The notes below the pieces were generated by a model that saw only the letters and a list, made by a program, of their open reading frames with translations, searched no databases and was not told the origin of the DNA. A stretch of 63,220 nucleotides of DNA, the filler included, from Chiloscyllium plagiosum (taxonomy: Eukaryota): the NCBI RefSeq assembly GCF_004010195.1. It is 4 parts of one record of this genome, joined end to end, with 100 filler letters (N's around TTAATTAATTAA, not from the genome) between each part and the next. Parts side by side here need not be neighbours in the genome. Positions count along the whole stretch, not along the records: positions 1 to 27,860 come from NC_057711.1; 3 more parts are not named here. One strand, written 5' to 3'. The translations under genes and the position numbers were made by a program. This document shows, in pieces, positions 1 through 13,739 of the stretch. Numbering within the stretch: position 1 is the first letter of the stretch; each line of letters begins with the position of its first letter.

Positions 1-656
1 TAGTGAAGAAGGCGTTTGGTATGCTTTCCTTTATTGGTCAGAGTATTGAGTACAGGAGTTGGGAGGTCATGTTGCAGCTGTACAGGACATTGGTTAGGCC
101 ACTGTTGGAATATTGCATGCAATTCTGGTCTCCTTCCTATCGGAAAGATGTTGTGAAACTTGAAAGGGTTCAGAAAAGATTTACAAGAATGTTGCCAGGG
201 TTAGAGGATTTGAGCTACAGGGAGAGGCTGAACAGGCTGGGGCTGTTTTCCCTGGAACGTTGGAGGCTGAGGGGTGACCTTATAGAGTTTTACAAAATTA
301 TGAGGGGCACGGATAGGGTAAATAGGCAAAGTCTTTTCCCTGGGATCGGGGAGTTCAGAACTAGGGGGCATAGGTTTAGGATGAGAGGGGAAAGATATAA
401 AAGAGACCTAAGGAGCAGCGTTTTCATGCAGAGGGTGCATGTGTATGGAATGAGCTGCCAGAGGATGTGGTGGAGGCTGGTACAATTGCAACATTTAAGA
501 GGCATTTGGATGTGTATATGAATAGGAAGGGTTTGGAGGGATATGGGCCGGGTGCTGGCAGGTGGGACTAGATTGGGTTGGGATATCTGGTCAGCGTGGA
601 CAGGTTGGACTGAAAGGTCTGTTTCCATGCTGTACATCTTTATGACTCTATGACTG
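1..656 (+). mobile_element. CR1/HER1 LINE 3' end
   Basis: CR1 ORF2 C-terminus (LYRTLVRPLLEYCMQFWSPSYRKDVVKLERVQKRFTRM...RGDLIE), followed by the 3'UTR and an ATGACTCT tail. Confidence 0.95.
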
Positions 657-784
657 ATTTCATGACTTTCCATTATCACTGTAGGGTACCTCTCAATTAA
701 TGATATGGCTGACACCTCCAAGCACTTCTAAATTCTTTGAAGTGAAACTTTAAATTTCAATGCTTGCTTTATTTTACTTATTCC

Positions 785-1170
785 TTACAGGATGTGGGCA
801 TCTCTGTCATCAGATTTATTGTCTCTCGCCAGTTTCCCTTGAACTGCTATAGTCCATGGATGTGGGCATACCCGAAGTGCTATTATAAAGAGAGGGAGTT
901 AATTTTTTGAAATTTTGACCCAATGACAGTGAAGGAATCATGATGTACTTCCAGGTCAAAATGAGATGTGGTGTGAAGAGGAACTTGGAGACAGCTGTAT
1001 TCCGATGCAATTGCAATCCTTGCCCTTCAAGGTGGTAGACATTGTGGACTTGGATTCTGCAATTCAATTAATCTTGATAAGCTGCTGCAGTGCATCTTGT
1101 AGATGGAGCACACTGCTCTTACAGTGTGATGGTGGTAGAGGAATGAAAGCTTAAGCTAGTAGATGGGATG
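785..1170 (-). mobile_element. Old non-LTR (CR1/L2-type) 3'-end relic
   Basis: Decayed tail sequence (…CTGACTTGGAAATAT…GGGTCAAAAT… type), related to 41360-41640 and 28540-28615. Confidence 0.5.
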
Positions 1171-1399
1171 CAAATCTCATTCTCTATTGCCAGAGACAAG
1201 CAGGCACAACAAACACAAGAGTTTACTCAGGTTGCGTATTTCTCCATGCTATTGTGCATTTCTTCGAGTGTGCTTCATGTCAACTCAGTTGTTTCCATTT
1301 TATGTGTGAAACCTGATGTGCAGCTGTTGTGTGTCCATTACCTTGGCAGCAATTGCAATTTTATCATGATGCGGTGGATACACTGTGGCAAGACAAAGG

Positions 1400-2560
1400 C
1401 TGACTGCTGGGTGACAGGATTCACTCAGGATGTGGAGATTGGGCATGGCTAACATTCTGAGATTATACCATGAATGGTAGAACCCTGGAAAATACTAAAG
1501 ATTAGTAGGACCTTGATGTGCAGATCTACATCAGAACAGGTAGCTAGGAGGCAAATGGGATACTTGTCTTTATTAGGTGAGGCTTGAAGAGGTTATACTA
1601 AACTGTATAAAATACTGATTGGGCTACAATTGGAGTACTGCATGCATATCTGGTGCATTATGGAAGAATGTGATTGCACTCAAGAGGGTGCAATGGAGAT
1701 TTTCCCAGATTCTACTGGGCTGCAGGATCTGAGTTATGAGAGAAAATGAGATAGTCTGGGGTTTTTCTTTGAGCAACAAAGCTTGAGAGAGGATCTCAGG
1801 GGTGTAAATGATTATTAAGATTAAATTTTATTTTCACATGTACCTGGGTACAAGAGTATAGGAGTACAGGGAAACGTGTGTAGAGTCGCCACACTCCGGC
1901 GCCATCATAGAATATAATGGTTAGAGTTAAAAACAAGAGCTGAAATTAAGGAAACAGAAACAAAAAGAAAAGAAAATGTTCAGATCATCATTGCTGCAGC
2001 TGCTGCCATGAATCTTGAGCCAGGCTGACCAATGTCCCATGAGCTGGTCCCACCAATGCCACGGCACTGCCATTGCTGCAATCATCGCTTCACCACTGCT
2101 GATGCCACCATCTAAAGTCCCACACCACGCTGCTACCTGCGCTGGACCCACCAATATCAGAGTCGCCATGTTCCAACACCATCACTCGCCACTGAACTCA
2201 CCTCGGAGACACCACTGCCATCTTGGAATTATTTCATGAGAACTGAGTGTGTGTCAGGATAGGTGGAGAGGAAGGGACGTTTTCATTAATAGAGAGGTTG
2301 ATGAGCAGGAGGGCACAGACTTAAGATAAGAGCTAAAAGGCTAAGAGGAGATTGAAGAGAAACTTTATAACCCAAGCATCTGGAACTCACTGTCTGAAAG
2401 GATAGTTGTGTCAGAAATTATCATAAACCTTAAGCAGAATTTGGATATTCACTTAGTTGCCACTGCTTCCAGGATTATTGGCCAAAAGCTGGAAAGTGTC
2501 ATCAAACGTCATCAATTCTTTGCTAACTGATGCAGAATTGGCTTCCTTCTATACTGTAAA
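1400..2560 (+). mobile_element. Highly decayed CR1 LINE 3' region, interrupted at about 1815-2240
   Basis: Degenerate LYKILIGLQLEYC…, SYE and WNSL motifs and a CR1-type 3'UTR. Confidence 0.65.
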
Positions 2561-5500
2561 TATGTAAGAGCTGATGTGACTCTGATGCAGAACTCCCATG
2601 CATATGTACAAATCAAGCCCACAATGATAACCATGCTGTCATTAAGAATGTAATAGAGCGGGCCATTGATTAATGTTTCCACTGCCCGGGCCACTCTGAA
2701 GGAACCCTGCCAACTTTGCTGAGCAGATGTCAAGAATTGGGGAGTACACTACATTTGCATAATGTGGTCTTTATGGAGAGCAGTCCTTGTAGGTCAACAG
2801 CAATTGTTGCCAAAGTTGGATTCAACTAGAAAAGCTATTTGAATCGGTAGTAACCAATGAATTGGTTGTAACCCAAACCCAAGTTGTGATTATTAATCCA
2901 ACTGTTTGTCCATTTCCTCCCCTTCCCTCAAAACAAATGAAACTAAGCCTTTGCACCAAGAATTAATCAAAACAACTCTTCAAAGCACATTTTTAAATAA
3001 TCTCCACCAAATGAAGAGTTCAGTGAACTTTCAATTCTGTCAAGCACTGCCTGCAAATCACACGTTAGACCACAGATGTTATTCCACAATACTTAGGTGC
3101 TGGAAATACTGTATATGTGACTTACTGACATTATTGGCAGTACTTCTGAAGCTTTCAGACCTCAAGCATGCAACCCGCATACTTCCTGAAGTTAAACCAG
3201 TGCTCTGAAAAGTCATACATGAGTAACCAGTTGTTGTTTGCATTTGTGATAGTCCAACACAAATTCCAGATTTCTCTAGGGTCACAGAGGGCAATTCTAA
3301 AACAAACATTACCAATCATAGGCTAGGATCAAAAACAGGGAGGCAAAATGTGTCCAAATGTAGACAAATATTCCAATGGTGGTGGATATACATTGCATTT
3401 CTGCCCCTTCCAACACCCACTCCATTGGAATTTTTCTGGACTTGCTTTTATTGCATGAATTAACATTGATCTTTTAGTACCCTGGGTACAGAATGTTAAG
3501 TAAAGACCACATTTGACATAAATATGATTATAGAACATATGTATTTGTGAAATTGATCCTATAATAAATACAAATGTGATTTCACACTTGGTGTGTGAAA
3601 TCTCTTAATAAGGACAAAACCGACTGTAATAAAAATGTAAGTGCAACAAAGGATAAGAAGATAATAGAGGTGCAAGGTAAATGTAGTGATTTGTGTTGTA
3701 ATAATCTGTTTTGCCTTCTAGTGTTCAATTTTTGAATATAATTAGTCAACTGAACCTTGAATGTATGAGTAGGAGTTTGTCTCCCACATATGGGTATTTA
3801 TTTTCGCTGTGCATAGTACAGTATTACATAGCTATTATATATAGCAGCTTGCATTTCCAATAAACCAGGTGAGTGGTTTCCAGTAATTGCCAACTTTAAG
3901 TGCACCTAATTATTTATTATGCTTTCAGTATCGAAATTCTGTTTTTGGATATGGTAGGCTATTCCATTAGTTCATAGTTTCAATTTTAGAAACTAAATTA
4001 TTTCCTGATTGTTACTTAACAATTTATAATTACAACCATCCTGTTTACACATCCACAATTAATTTAATCTCATCTGGAAGTTATGGACCGTCCCTCAAGC
4101 CACATGTACACTGGTGCTGTTTCAGTTACTGAATGGCTTTGCACTCCCAGTACAGAATAGAGAAATGAGCAATATATGATGTAATACAAAGCAGGTAGAT
4201 AATATTCCTTAATTGAGCCATCTGATTTTCTGTCTTACGTTTAATGAGCAAATATGTCCCGTGATATATGGGCACAGAGCAGAAAATTTTGGAAATGCAC
4301 AAAATGCCAGTTGGCATTTCCAAAGAGAAAATACTGTTTCAGGACATGCTGGAAGCGTCAGTGCTGACTGACCTGCTGAACATTTTGTTCGGAACATATG
4401 TGTATATTTAAGGACCAACTGGAAAATAACTGAAATTATAAAAATCTATTTGGTCATACTCTGAGTTGAATTGGGGGTTTATTATTTGATTTCTTGAACT
4501 GAAACCAACCATTGAATGTGTGCTGTGGATTATCTGTGTTTAACTGAAAATCGTGTGACTTTAGAGAAACAGCTTAACACATCTTTAAGGAGATTTATTG
4601 CCTTAATTACTGAAAATAAATCTTGGCTTTGAGAGAAATAGGGGCAATGTACTAATAGTTGCCTAGCAGCCTTCTCTGGATTTAGTTTCAGTTTTACAGC
4701 AGTCAGAACAAGGAAAACACACCTGAAGCTCTAAAACTCTCTCCTGAAATCTTGTTCTCAGCTGAAGTTCCAGTGAGTCTGATAGATCCTAAATACAGTA
4801 TTTCCGTCTACCTGATAAAACCTGAAGAGGGGGAAGGTGACCAATCCCCAACAACTTGAATCCAAGTTGATTGGAATCAGAAATGAATACCTGTCATTGG
4901 TCAACAAGTCAGCTTCGTCAACAGGAAATCCAGGGATGTGAGAAACGATCTCACTTCTTCCTTTATTTCCTGATCCTTGGCTCAAAATGTTTTTCATTGT
5001 TTTGTCTTTTGTTTTTGAAAGCTATCCCGTTCTGTTTGTTTTGTGTGTTATGTGAATATGTCTGTTTGGATAGCTTAAGAGAACATTGATTTGAATCTGA
5101 ATCATAACTATGATATTGACTAGTGTTTGTCACTCACCTCAAAAGTACGTTTTGTTCATAGTAAAGAGAATATTTTGAATTTGTTAAAACTTTCTTTTAA
5201 TGTGGATATTAGTATAAAAGGGAAACAGTTGGTTATTTTGGTAATTGAATCAACAGTTTTATATTAATGCGGTAGAGTAGTGGATCTTGAATATCAACAT
5301 ATTTCTCCTGATACAGTTGTAACAATTTCCAAAAATTCTTTTGCTTTTGTTTTAAATCGCAGGTGCTTGCATGTTTTCCTTTTTATGTTATGATTTGTGT
5401 TACCGATTCTTTTTTGTTTCTGAGTGTGCAAAGGTGAAAAGTTAATTCTTATTTTACTAAATCTGATAACCTTATTATGGCAGAAGATGCATAAAGCCAT

Positions 5501-5792
5501 TTTTTTAAACTGGAAGGTGAACTTAACTGTGCCAGTATAAATGTGGCTTCATGTTCAACAATGTTGGTTTTACATTGTGAAAATTGAAGCTGCCTTTTCT
5601 CCATAGCTACTGACTCAGTTTGCCAAATCAACCCTGGTGGTAGGCCACACTGAAAGGAATGAAGTTACGGCTGGGAAATCAACTTAGTTCTTTTCTGTGT
5701 GTGACTTTTATAAATTCTTGTCATTCATACGATTCTGTAACTAATACTTGTGAACCAAATTTATAGCTATTCATCTGACTGACATGTCCATG

Positions 5793-6797
5793 GACTTTTG
5801 GAGCATTGCTTCTTCATCAGGTAGCTAGTGGAGCAGGATCATAGGACACAAATACACAAACATAGGACACACACACACACAAGTCTATAGTAAATGATCA
5901 AAGTGTCATACAATGGACGCAATTGATTCAAACTTAGATTGCCTCAGAGGCTGATAGCCAAGCTCAGTACCTATGAGGACAGCCTCAATTGGGATCTTGG
6001 GTTCATGTCACAGTACAGGTGATCCCACTATACTATATGCTCTCACACACACACTCACACACACACATACGTATACACACACTTTTAGACACGATCACAC
6101 TCACACATTCACAGATAGGCTCTCTCATACACACGCTGTATATCTCACACACACTCACATTCACGTGTGCACCCTTTCACAGGCATGTACTCTGTCACAC
6201 AACTACACACACTCAATCAAACACACACACACCCTCATACCCTCATACAGACACACACACACAAATACACACAAAGATCTATGGGGTGAATTTGTTTTTG
6301 CAGATATGTTCTATTTTGTTCAAAAGCCACACAATCTGGAGGCTGTCAGTCCATAGGATATTTTATAAATTCCTACTTTGGAAATAAAACCAGTCTACTC
6401 CAGATTGGGATACAGACAGACTCTAACCTCACACCTTTAATGCATTGTCTGAGTTTAGATGTCACTTTTTTTAATACTGATGAAGCCTTAAGTTATCTTG
6501 GGACTGTGACTTGAAAGAAGTTCTGAGATTTACATAGTAATCTATCAAAACCTGCATCCCCATTTTAAATGATTAAAGACTTAACAGCAATATGGTTCTG
6601 TTCAATACATCATCAGTTGTATGACATTTTGATCTTTTACGATAAATTCTGTGTCCTATGATCCTGCCCTACCAGCTACCTGATGAAGGAGCAGTGCTCC
6701 GAAAGCTTGTACTTTCAAATAAACCTGTTGGACTATAACCTGGTATTGTGTGATTTTTAACTTTGCCCACCCTAGTCCAACACTGGCTCCTCCACAT
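5793..6797 (+). mobile_element. Penelope-like element (family B) 3' part with inverted terminal segment and internal (CA)n
   Basis: 5793-5930 is an inverted copy of about 6600-6705. It has the AATAAACCTGTTGGACTATAACCTGG terminus and a 10-bp TSD CATGTCCATG at 5783-5792 and 6798-6807. Confidence 0.8.
6677..6711 (+). ncRNA. Minimal hammerhead ribozyme motif (family B)
   Basis: tac-CTGATGA-a-GGAGC-agt-GCTCC-GAAA-GC-TT-gta: conserved core, perfect 5-bp helix II, helix I TAC/GTA. Confidence 0.75.
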
Positions 6798-6909
6798 CAT
6801 GTCCATGAACTGACAGCTGAAGAGTCAATTATTCTTATGTAGACTGACTTACCTTAAATGGGGGTGAATGTTGTCTTTAGCAACATGTGAATGTCATGTA
6901 CCTACGAAT

Positions 6910-7023
6910 AGGTAAAAACAATGACTGCAGACGCTGGAAACCAGATTCTGGATTAGTGGTGCTGGAAGAACATCCGAGGATGCTGCCTGAACTGCTGTGC
7001 TCTTCCAGCACCACTAATCCAGA
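6910..7023. mobile_element. Short palindromic Penelope-derived insertion (family A)
   Basis: Inverted arms TTCTGGATTAGTGGTGCTGGAAGA / TCTTCCAGCACCACTAATCCAGAA. TSD ATGTACCTAC(G/A)AAT at 6896-6909 and 7024-7037. Confidence 0.8.
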
Positions 7024-7984
7024 ATGTACCTACAAATGACTTGTGCAATGGAATTAAATTACAGTGCCTTGGGTTTTCATTAATTGTGTTCAGCCAATGA
7101 GGATAATTGCGATTGTATGCAAAGTATAAATTTCAATAATGGTGAAACAGCAGCTCATTTTTTATCAATGAAAATAAAAATCAGGGAGATGTCAAATATC
7201 CATTAATTTCCTATCCCTTCCTTTTCACACTGATGTACAATGTCACAATTTATTTTATTGTCTAAATGACAACAGTTTGCACTTATATTGAGCCTTCAAA
7301 CACAGCAAACATCCCAAATCATTTCAAGAGGTTGAGAAGTGAGGGCAGAGTCTCCTGGGAGCTGATATGTAGGTAGCACAAACACATTAAGTCACTTGTA
7401 TCATTCTTACAGGTTTAATTGTTCAGGCAACTGTTAACCAGCGCAGCATGCTGTCTAGTTAGGTTTTTAAACGTACCCATTCTCTTTCAAACTACCTGGT
7501 ATTGAGGCTCTGATTTCCATTAATATCTGCCAAAGTTTGTCACACCATCTTCTGCAAGTGCAGGCACATGGATGACGACAAGTTGCTGTAGAGCGCCTCT
7601 TGTATATCATGAATCAACTGTCATTCTTTTGGAGTCCTCCTCTTCTTTACAACATCTCTACCAGTGCTCATGTTCCATTTCCTCCAAATCTGGTGATACC
7701 TGTGTATTGAAATAAAGTGAAGTGACTCTAATTGTGTTCTAACAGAAGTAGCTCAGCCTTTTCAGGATTTCTCTTGAACAAGACCATGTAAAACACTATG
7801 TAGAAATTGGTCCTTTTGTTGATTTTTCTTGGATTTGGGGGCAGGGTGTTGCTGGTTGAACGAACTAAGGCTCTAATCTTTTAGAAAGAATGTCTCTGTT
7901 TATTTTCTTTTGCAGTGATCAACCGACCAAACTGAGTTAGTGCAAGCAAGAGATGTCCCTTACCCCAAGCTCTGCATTTCCCAA

Positions 7985-8400
7985 ACACCGATCAATGTGA
8001 ACCCTGACCCAACCCCAACCCAGACTGCAAACCCCTGAACCTGACCCAGACTTTGGTTATGACTTTAACTGTGAGTCCCCTACACGAGCCCATACCCGCA
8101 ACATGACTCAGATTTTGTCCCTAAATATCTGAACCTAGCTTTGATGTCTAATATTTGATCCAGAACCCAAATCCCAACTTCCCAATCCAAACCCCGACCC
8201 CAAATATTTGACCCAGTCTCTGATTCTGAACACCTGATCCACAGGGTATGACCTCTATCCACCTGGCTTAGCTATAAATCCAGACCATGGCCCTCAGCCC
8301 AGGGCAAGACACAGGCCCAACCCCCAATGACCAACCCCAATTCAGGTTTTGATCCCTAAAGCTGTCCCATGCACCCATTTTATTTCTTGTCCTAGGATCC
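7985..8400. repeat. Degenerate short-period (CCCGAC/CCCAAA-like) tandem repeat
   Basis: Recurrent aaccc/gaccc/cccaa units. Confidence 0.5.
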
Positions 8401-9192
8401 AAATCCAGATAGTACTTACCTGAGAGAATTCCATGATACTAACAATAGCATAAACCTGAACTCCTTTTTGGGTGGGCTCATCAAGCTACGTTGGTAACAT
8501 TAAAAAGAAGCTCAACTTACAAAATTTCTCCTCTATCACACATCCAACACTAGTCACGACCAAAAATCTAAGCCAATTTCTATTAGTTTCTTTTCTGTTA
8601 TTTGCATTGAAGAAATCCTAAGAATAAAGCTGACAATATATCATATTCTTGAGTGTCAGAAAATGTATCCTTAATAGCTTTTGACCTGTGTAGATCCCTT
8701 CAATCAGATTTCCAAACCTGCTACAAACCACATCTTACAGCATTCTCTGTGAACGTGACAAAGATAAACTTTCTTTCTTCATCCTTTTGATTTATCTGCA
8801 GCTTTTGCAAGGTTGATGATATGATCCATCTCTAACATGTCTGGCCTTTGTCCAGCAGGCTGGGATTATACTCAGACAGCACCTTCCAAACCCATGACCA
8901 CTTACAGTCATACTCACCTTGTTCGATCCTTAGCAATCTAACCATAGCTAGAAAATCATGTGGAATGGCTGCTCTTCAGACCCTTCCGGCATTGCTTCTG
9001 CTGTCTCCCAAGGATTGATCCATGACTTCCTAATATTTCTCATTTATCTGACATTCCTTGGTGACACCATTGGAAAACAAACTATTAGTTTTGACTTGGT
9101 AAAAACAATGTCTGCAGATGCTGGAAACCAGATTCTGGATTAGTGGTGCTGGAAGAGCACAGCAGTTCAGGCAGCATCCGAAGAGCAGTAAA

Positions 9193-9227
9193 ATCGACGT
9201 TTCGGGCAAAAGCCCTTCATCAGGAAT
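9193..9227 (-). ncRNA. Minimal hammerhead ribozyme motif (family A)
   Basis: Minus strand reads attc-CTGATGA-a-GGGC-tttt-GCCC-GAAA-CGTC-gat, an intact core with a GUC triplet. Confidence 0.8.
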
Positions 9228-9388
9228 ACAGGCAGAGAGCCGGAAGGGTAGAGATAAGTGAGAGGCGGGTGGTGGTGGGGAGAAAGTAGCATGGAATACA
9301 ATAGGTGAGTGGGGAAGGGGATGAAGGTGATAGGTCGGGGGGGAGGGGGGAGTGGATAGGTGGAAAAGAAGATAGGCAGGTAGGACAA

Positions 9389-9835
9389 NNNNNNNNNNNN
9401 NNNNNNNNNNNNNNNNNNNNNNNNNNNNNNNNNNNNNNNNNNNNNNNNNNNNNNNNNNNNNNNNNNNNNNNNNNNNNNNNNNNNNNNNNNNNNNNNNNNN
9501 NNNNNNNNNNNNNNNNNNNNNNNNNNNNNNNNNNNNNNNNNNNNNNNNNNNNNNNNNNNNNNNNNNNNNNNNNNNNNNNNNNNNNNNNNNNNNNNNNNNN
9601 NNNNNNNNNNNNNNNNNNNNNNNNNNNNNNNNNNNNNNNNNNNNNNNNNNNNNNNNNNNNNNNNNNNNNNNNNNNNNNNNNNNNNNNNNNNNNNNNNNNN
9701 NNNNNNNNNNNNNNNNNNNNNNNNNNNNNNNNNNNNNNNNNNNNNNNNNNNNNNNNNNNNNNNNNNNNNNNNNNNNNNNNNNNNNNNNNNNNNNNNNNNN
9801 NNNNNNNNNNNNNNNNNNNNNNNNNNNNNNNNNNN
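9389..9835. other. Ordinary sized assembly gap
   Basis: Run of N inside one Penelope copy whose TSDs match on both sides. Confidence 0.95.
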
Positions 9836-12239
9836 AGGATTGGATGAGATGCGTTGGAGGGCATCTTTAACCACGTGAGAAGGGAAATTGCGGTCTCTAA
9901 AGAAGGAGGCCATCTGGTGTGTTCTGTGGTGGAACTGGTCCTCCTGGGAGCAGATACGGCGGAGGCGGAGGAATTGGGAATACGGGATGGCATTTTTGCA
10001 GGAGGTAGGGTGGGAAGAGGTGCAATCTAGGCAGATGTGGGAGTCGGTGTGTTTGTAAAAAATGTCGGTGTCAAGTCGGTCGTCATTATTGGAGATGGAG
10101 AGGTCCAGGAAGGGGAGGGAGGTGTCAGAGATGGTCCAGGTAAATTTAAGGTCAGGGTGGAATGTGTTGGTGAAATTGATGAATTGCTCAACCTCCTTGC
10201 GGGTGCACGAAGTGGCGCCAATGCAGTCATCAATGTAGCGGAGGAAGTGGTGGGGAGTGGTGCTGGTGTAACTACGGAAGATCGACTGTTCTACGTAGCT
10301 AACAAAGAGACAGGCATAGCTGGGGCCCATATGGGTGCCCATGGCTACCTCTTTGGTCTGGAGGAAGTGGGTGGATTCAAAGGAGAAATTGTCAAGAGTG
10401 AGGACCAGTTTGGCCAAATGAATGTGAGTGTCAGTGGAAGGGTACTGTTGGGGACGTGGGGAGAGGAAGAAACGGAGGGCTTGGAGGCCCTGGTCATGGC
10501 GGATGGAGGTGTAGAGGGCTTGGATATCCATGGTGACATGGCGGATGGAGGTGTAGAGGGATTGGATATCCATGGTGTTAGTTTTGACTTGCACACTGAT
10601 GACACTCAGCTTTATCTCACAATTCTTGGTCCTTCGACCTAACTTGTCAGACTCTGCAGAGTTGATAGCAACATGAAAGTCTGCTTATGCTATTATAAGT
10701 TTTGTAACTAACTGATCTTTTAAAAATGGCCGCAAATGAGCTATTTTTAAAACATGGTTCCCAAAAGTAACCTGATTTCAGTTGTGGATTCAACTTTTAT
10801 CAGACATCTGGTGGAATTAGACCGTACTTATCTGAAGAAAATACATAAATAGATATACCTAGATATGAGAAGACATCTGAAATTCAATAAGCATTTCCAC
10901 AAAGGTAATAAGAAATTCATTGACAATGACTCACCTCAAGGTGGGACTAACTCATTTCTGTCTCACCAAACCAGGAAGAATTGGAACTATTTGAATTAAT
11001 GGCTGAGACAGTTTACTTGAACTCAAAGACTATCGATGAGGTTGTGTGCCAGACTTCGGCTATTCCAATATCTAATACAGAAACATGATTTACATTTGTG
11101 ATAGCCACTATGTTCAATTTGAATGGGATAAAAAGTATAGTTAGGAGCAATCATTTCATGCAGTGACCTTAGTAGAATCTCTGAAATTAGTTCCAGGGAA
11201 CAGCACGTTTTACCCTTTGTCACTGGATGTCTCGGAGAGGAGTGCCCAAAAGTTATCAATATTCTGCAGCAAAGGTATCCAAGTTTTCAGATGTTGTGCC
11301 AGAAAAATGTCAGGAAAAATAACTCCACTCACTCTCCTAAGCTGCTTTATTTGTTGAGTCCACCTATAAAGGTAAACTCCATCTTTTTGACTTTAGAAGC
11401 CATTGTAGTTGCTGGAAACAACTCTTCAACTTCAACTTAAACTCTTTAGTCCAGACAACTAACACCTCAACCACAATCTCCAGGACATGCAGCAATATCT
11501 TAACAGATTGAATTGAATTTCAATTTTATAAGTATCTGGTATCCTTACTTGTAACCAGTAACTTTAGTTCCTTTATTACATTTAATAAATAACTTACACC
11601 AATGTTTTGTAATAAATTAACCTTTATCTTATTTAAGGTTAGAGCTTTGTTTACGGTCATTTTTATGTTGAATCACAAATGTGGGTTATATCCTCACATA
11701 TATATATAACACACAGACACATTCTTATTTTGTGAATCACTGAGGAAACACCCTTGGTCATGACAATAAATTGAAATTTCCTCTAATTAAATATTAGGTT
11801 CTGAAGCAGTTGCATTTATTTTTTGATACAAATTCAATTCCACAGCACACAACTCTACCTGTTTTCCTAGCAAGTGTCTAAGCCTGAATGAGACGCTTTG
11901 TAACTCTGGTGTCATACTTGACCCCATGAGGAGCTTCTGACCATGTCATCACTAAGACCACCTACGTCCATTTTTTTTTAACAATGCTTGGGCTATTGTC
12001 TAACTTAACTCAACTGCCTAGTTGCCTTAGACTTAAACTTAAGTTCATCCAAAACTTTGCAGTTTGTATTTGCTCTAATTCACTCAACCCCTTTTGTGCC
12101 CATGATCTATGGCCCCTGGTTAGTCAATGCCTTGGTTTCAAAATGCTTTATCTTGTTTCAAATGTTTGATCAGCCTTGCCCTCTCTTCATTTGTAATCTC
12201 TTCCAGCCATATAATTCCTCAAGATATTTATATGTCAAG

Positions 12240-13311
12240 TCCTTTATTTCCTCAAGTCATTTACATAATTGATTTGGATGCGAACATTGGCGGCATGGTT
12301 AGTAAGTTTGCAGATGACACTAAAATTGGAGGTGTCATGGACAATGAAGAAAGTTACCTCTGAGTATATTGGGATCTTGATCTGATGGGCCAATGGGCTG
12401 AGGAGTGACAGATGGAGCTTAATTTATTTGAATGTGAGGTGCTGAAGTTTGGAAAGGCAAATCAGGGCAGGACTTATACACTTAATGATAAGGTCCTGGG
12501 CAGTGTTGCTGAACAAAGAGACCTTGGAGTGCAGGTTCATAGTTCCTTGAAAGTGAAGTCACAGATAAATAGGATAGTGAAGAAGCCATTTGATATGTTT
12601 GCCTTTATTGGCCAGTGCATTGAGTACAGGAGTTGGGAGGTCATGTTTGGCTCTACAGAACATTGGTTAGGCCACTATTGGAATACTGTGTGCAACTCTG
12701 GTCTCCCTCCTATAGGAAGGATGTTGTGAAACTTGAAAGGGCTCAGAAAAGACTTACAAGGATGTTGCCAGGGTTGGAGGATTTGAGCTAAAAGCAGTGG
12801 CTTAATAGGCTGGGAGGTGACCTTATAGAGGTTTATAAAATCATAGGGGGCATGGATAGGCTAAATAGACAAGGTTCTGGATCAGTGGTGCTGGAAGAGC
12901 ACAGCAATTCAGGCAGCATCCGAGGACAGGCGAAAATTGACGTTTCGGGCAAAAGCCCTTCATCAGGAATCAAATAGACAAGGTATTTTCCCTCAGGTGT
13001 GGGATTCCAAAACTTGAGGACATAGATTTACGGTGAGAGGGGAAAGATTTAAAAGAGACTTATGGGGCAACTTTTTCACGAAAAGGGTGGTGCTTGTATG
13101 GAATGAACTACCAGAGGAAGTGGTGGAGGCTGATACAGTTACAACATTTGAAAGGCATCTGGATGGGAATATAAATAGGAAGGGTTTAGAGGGATATGGG
13201 CTAAATGCTAGCAAATGGGACTAGATTTATTTGGGATATCTGGTCGGCATGGATGAATTGGACCAATAGGTCTGTTCCTTGCTGTACATCTTTATGACTC
13301 TATGACTCTAT
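12240..13311 (+). mobile_element. CR1/HER1 LINE 3' fragment
   Basis: VSKFADDTKIGG, EQRDLGVQVHSSLK and WNELPEEVVEA motifs, ending in an (ATGACTCT)n tail. Confidence 0.93.
12876..12971 (-). mobile_element. 96-bp Penelope-terminus insertion carrying an intact hammerhead core (12939-12966)
   Basis: 13-bp TSD AAATAGACAAGGT at 12863-12875 and 12972-12984. Minus strand reads CTGATGAAGGGCTTTTGCCCGAAACGTC. Confidence 0.85.
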
Positions 13312-13739
13312 ATTTGCCCTCATCTAGTTTTATTCTCCTAAAATTTCCAATTTTAATTGTTGCACCATTGGTGGACATGCCTTCACCTGCCTAGGCTCCA
13401 AATCCTGAAATTCCCTCAGTACATCCCTCTCCCTCTGTGTCTCTTTCCTGTTTTAAGAGTCTCCATAAAATCTACCTCTTTAGCCAAGCTAAACACACAT
13501 TATGTGTCTCACTGTAAAATTTTGCTTTATAATGCATGCCATTAAAGGTACTGTATAATAAAGACAAATTGGTAGAAAATTTCTAGTTACCTTAATGACT
13601 GGATTTGCAATCGATGTGTTCCTGAGTAAGAGGATTCTGATGTAAAATCATACTTGAATATTATCATTGCCATTGTTGTTTTAAACCATTGTGAATTGGG
13701 AAGGGAGAATTCAGGAACTTGATGAGCTAGGTAAACAGC

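Larger units (their letters stand above)
9099..10577 (-). mobile_element. Penelope-like element (family A), 5'-truncated RT region, spanning an N gap
   Basis: RT motifs TMDIQSLYTSI, AMGTHMGPSYACLF, FLRYIDD, FLDL, IPYSQFLRLRRICS. 14-bp TSD TTAGTTTTGACTTG at 9085-9098 and 10578-10591. Confidence 0.93.
8780..10640 (+). mobile_element. Old L2-type RT relic split by a Penelope insertion
   Basis: DLSAAF-like motif at about 8790 and VSQG-like motif at about 9003. (H)TDDTQLYL resumes at 10592, right after the Penelope TSD. Confidence 0.6.

Noticed and set aside
3126..3204. AG…GTAAGT-bounded 79-nt segment on minus (also a strong donor at about 8413-8422)
   Set aside because: No recognisable protein in any frame.
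4400..5330. Possible solo-LTR-like relic (also about 11000-11770)
   Set aside because: Only a compositional impression. I could not define termini, TSDs or a primer binding site.
5973..6387. His/Thr-rich or Cys/Val-rich ORFs (also 26795-27204 and 62745-63220)
   Set aside because: Translations of (CA)n/(GT)n microsatellites.
9167..10594. 475-aa ORF and other ORFs containing X runs
   Set aside because: They read through N gaps. The real part is Penelope RT, not a host gene.
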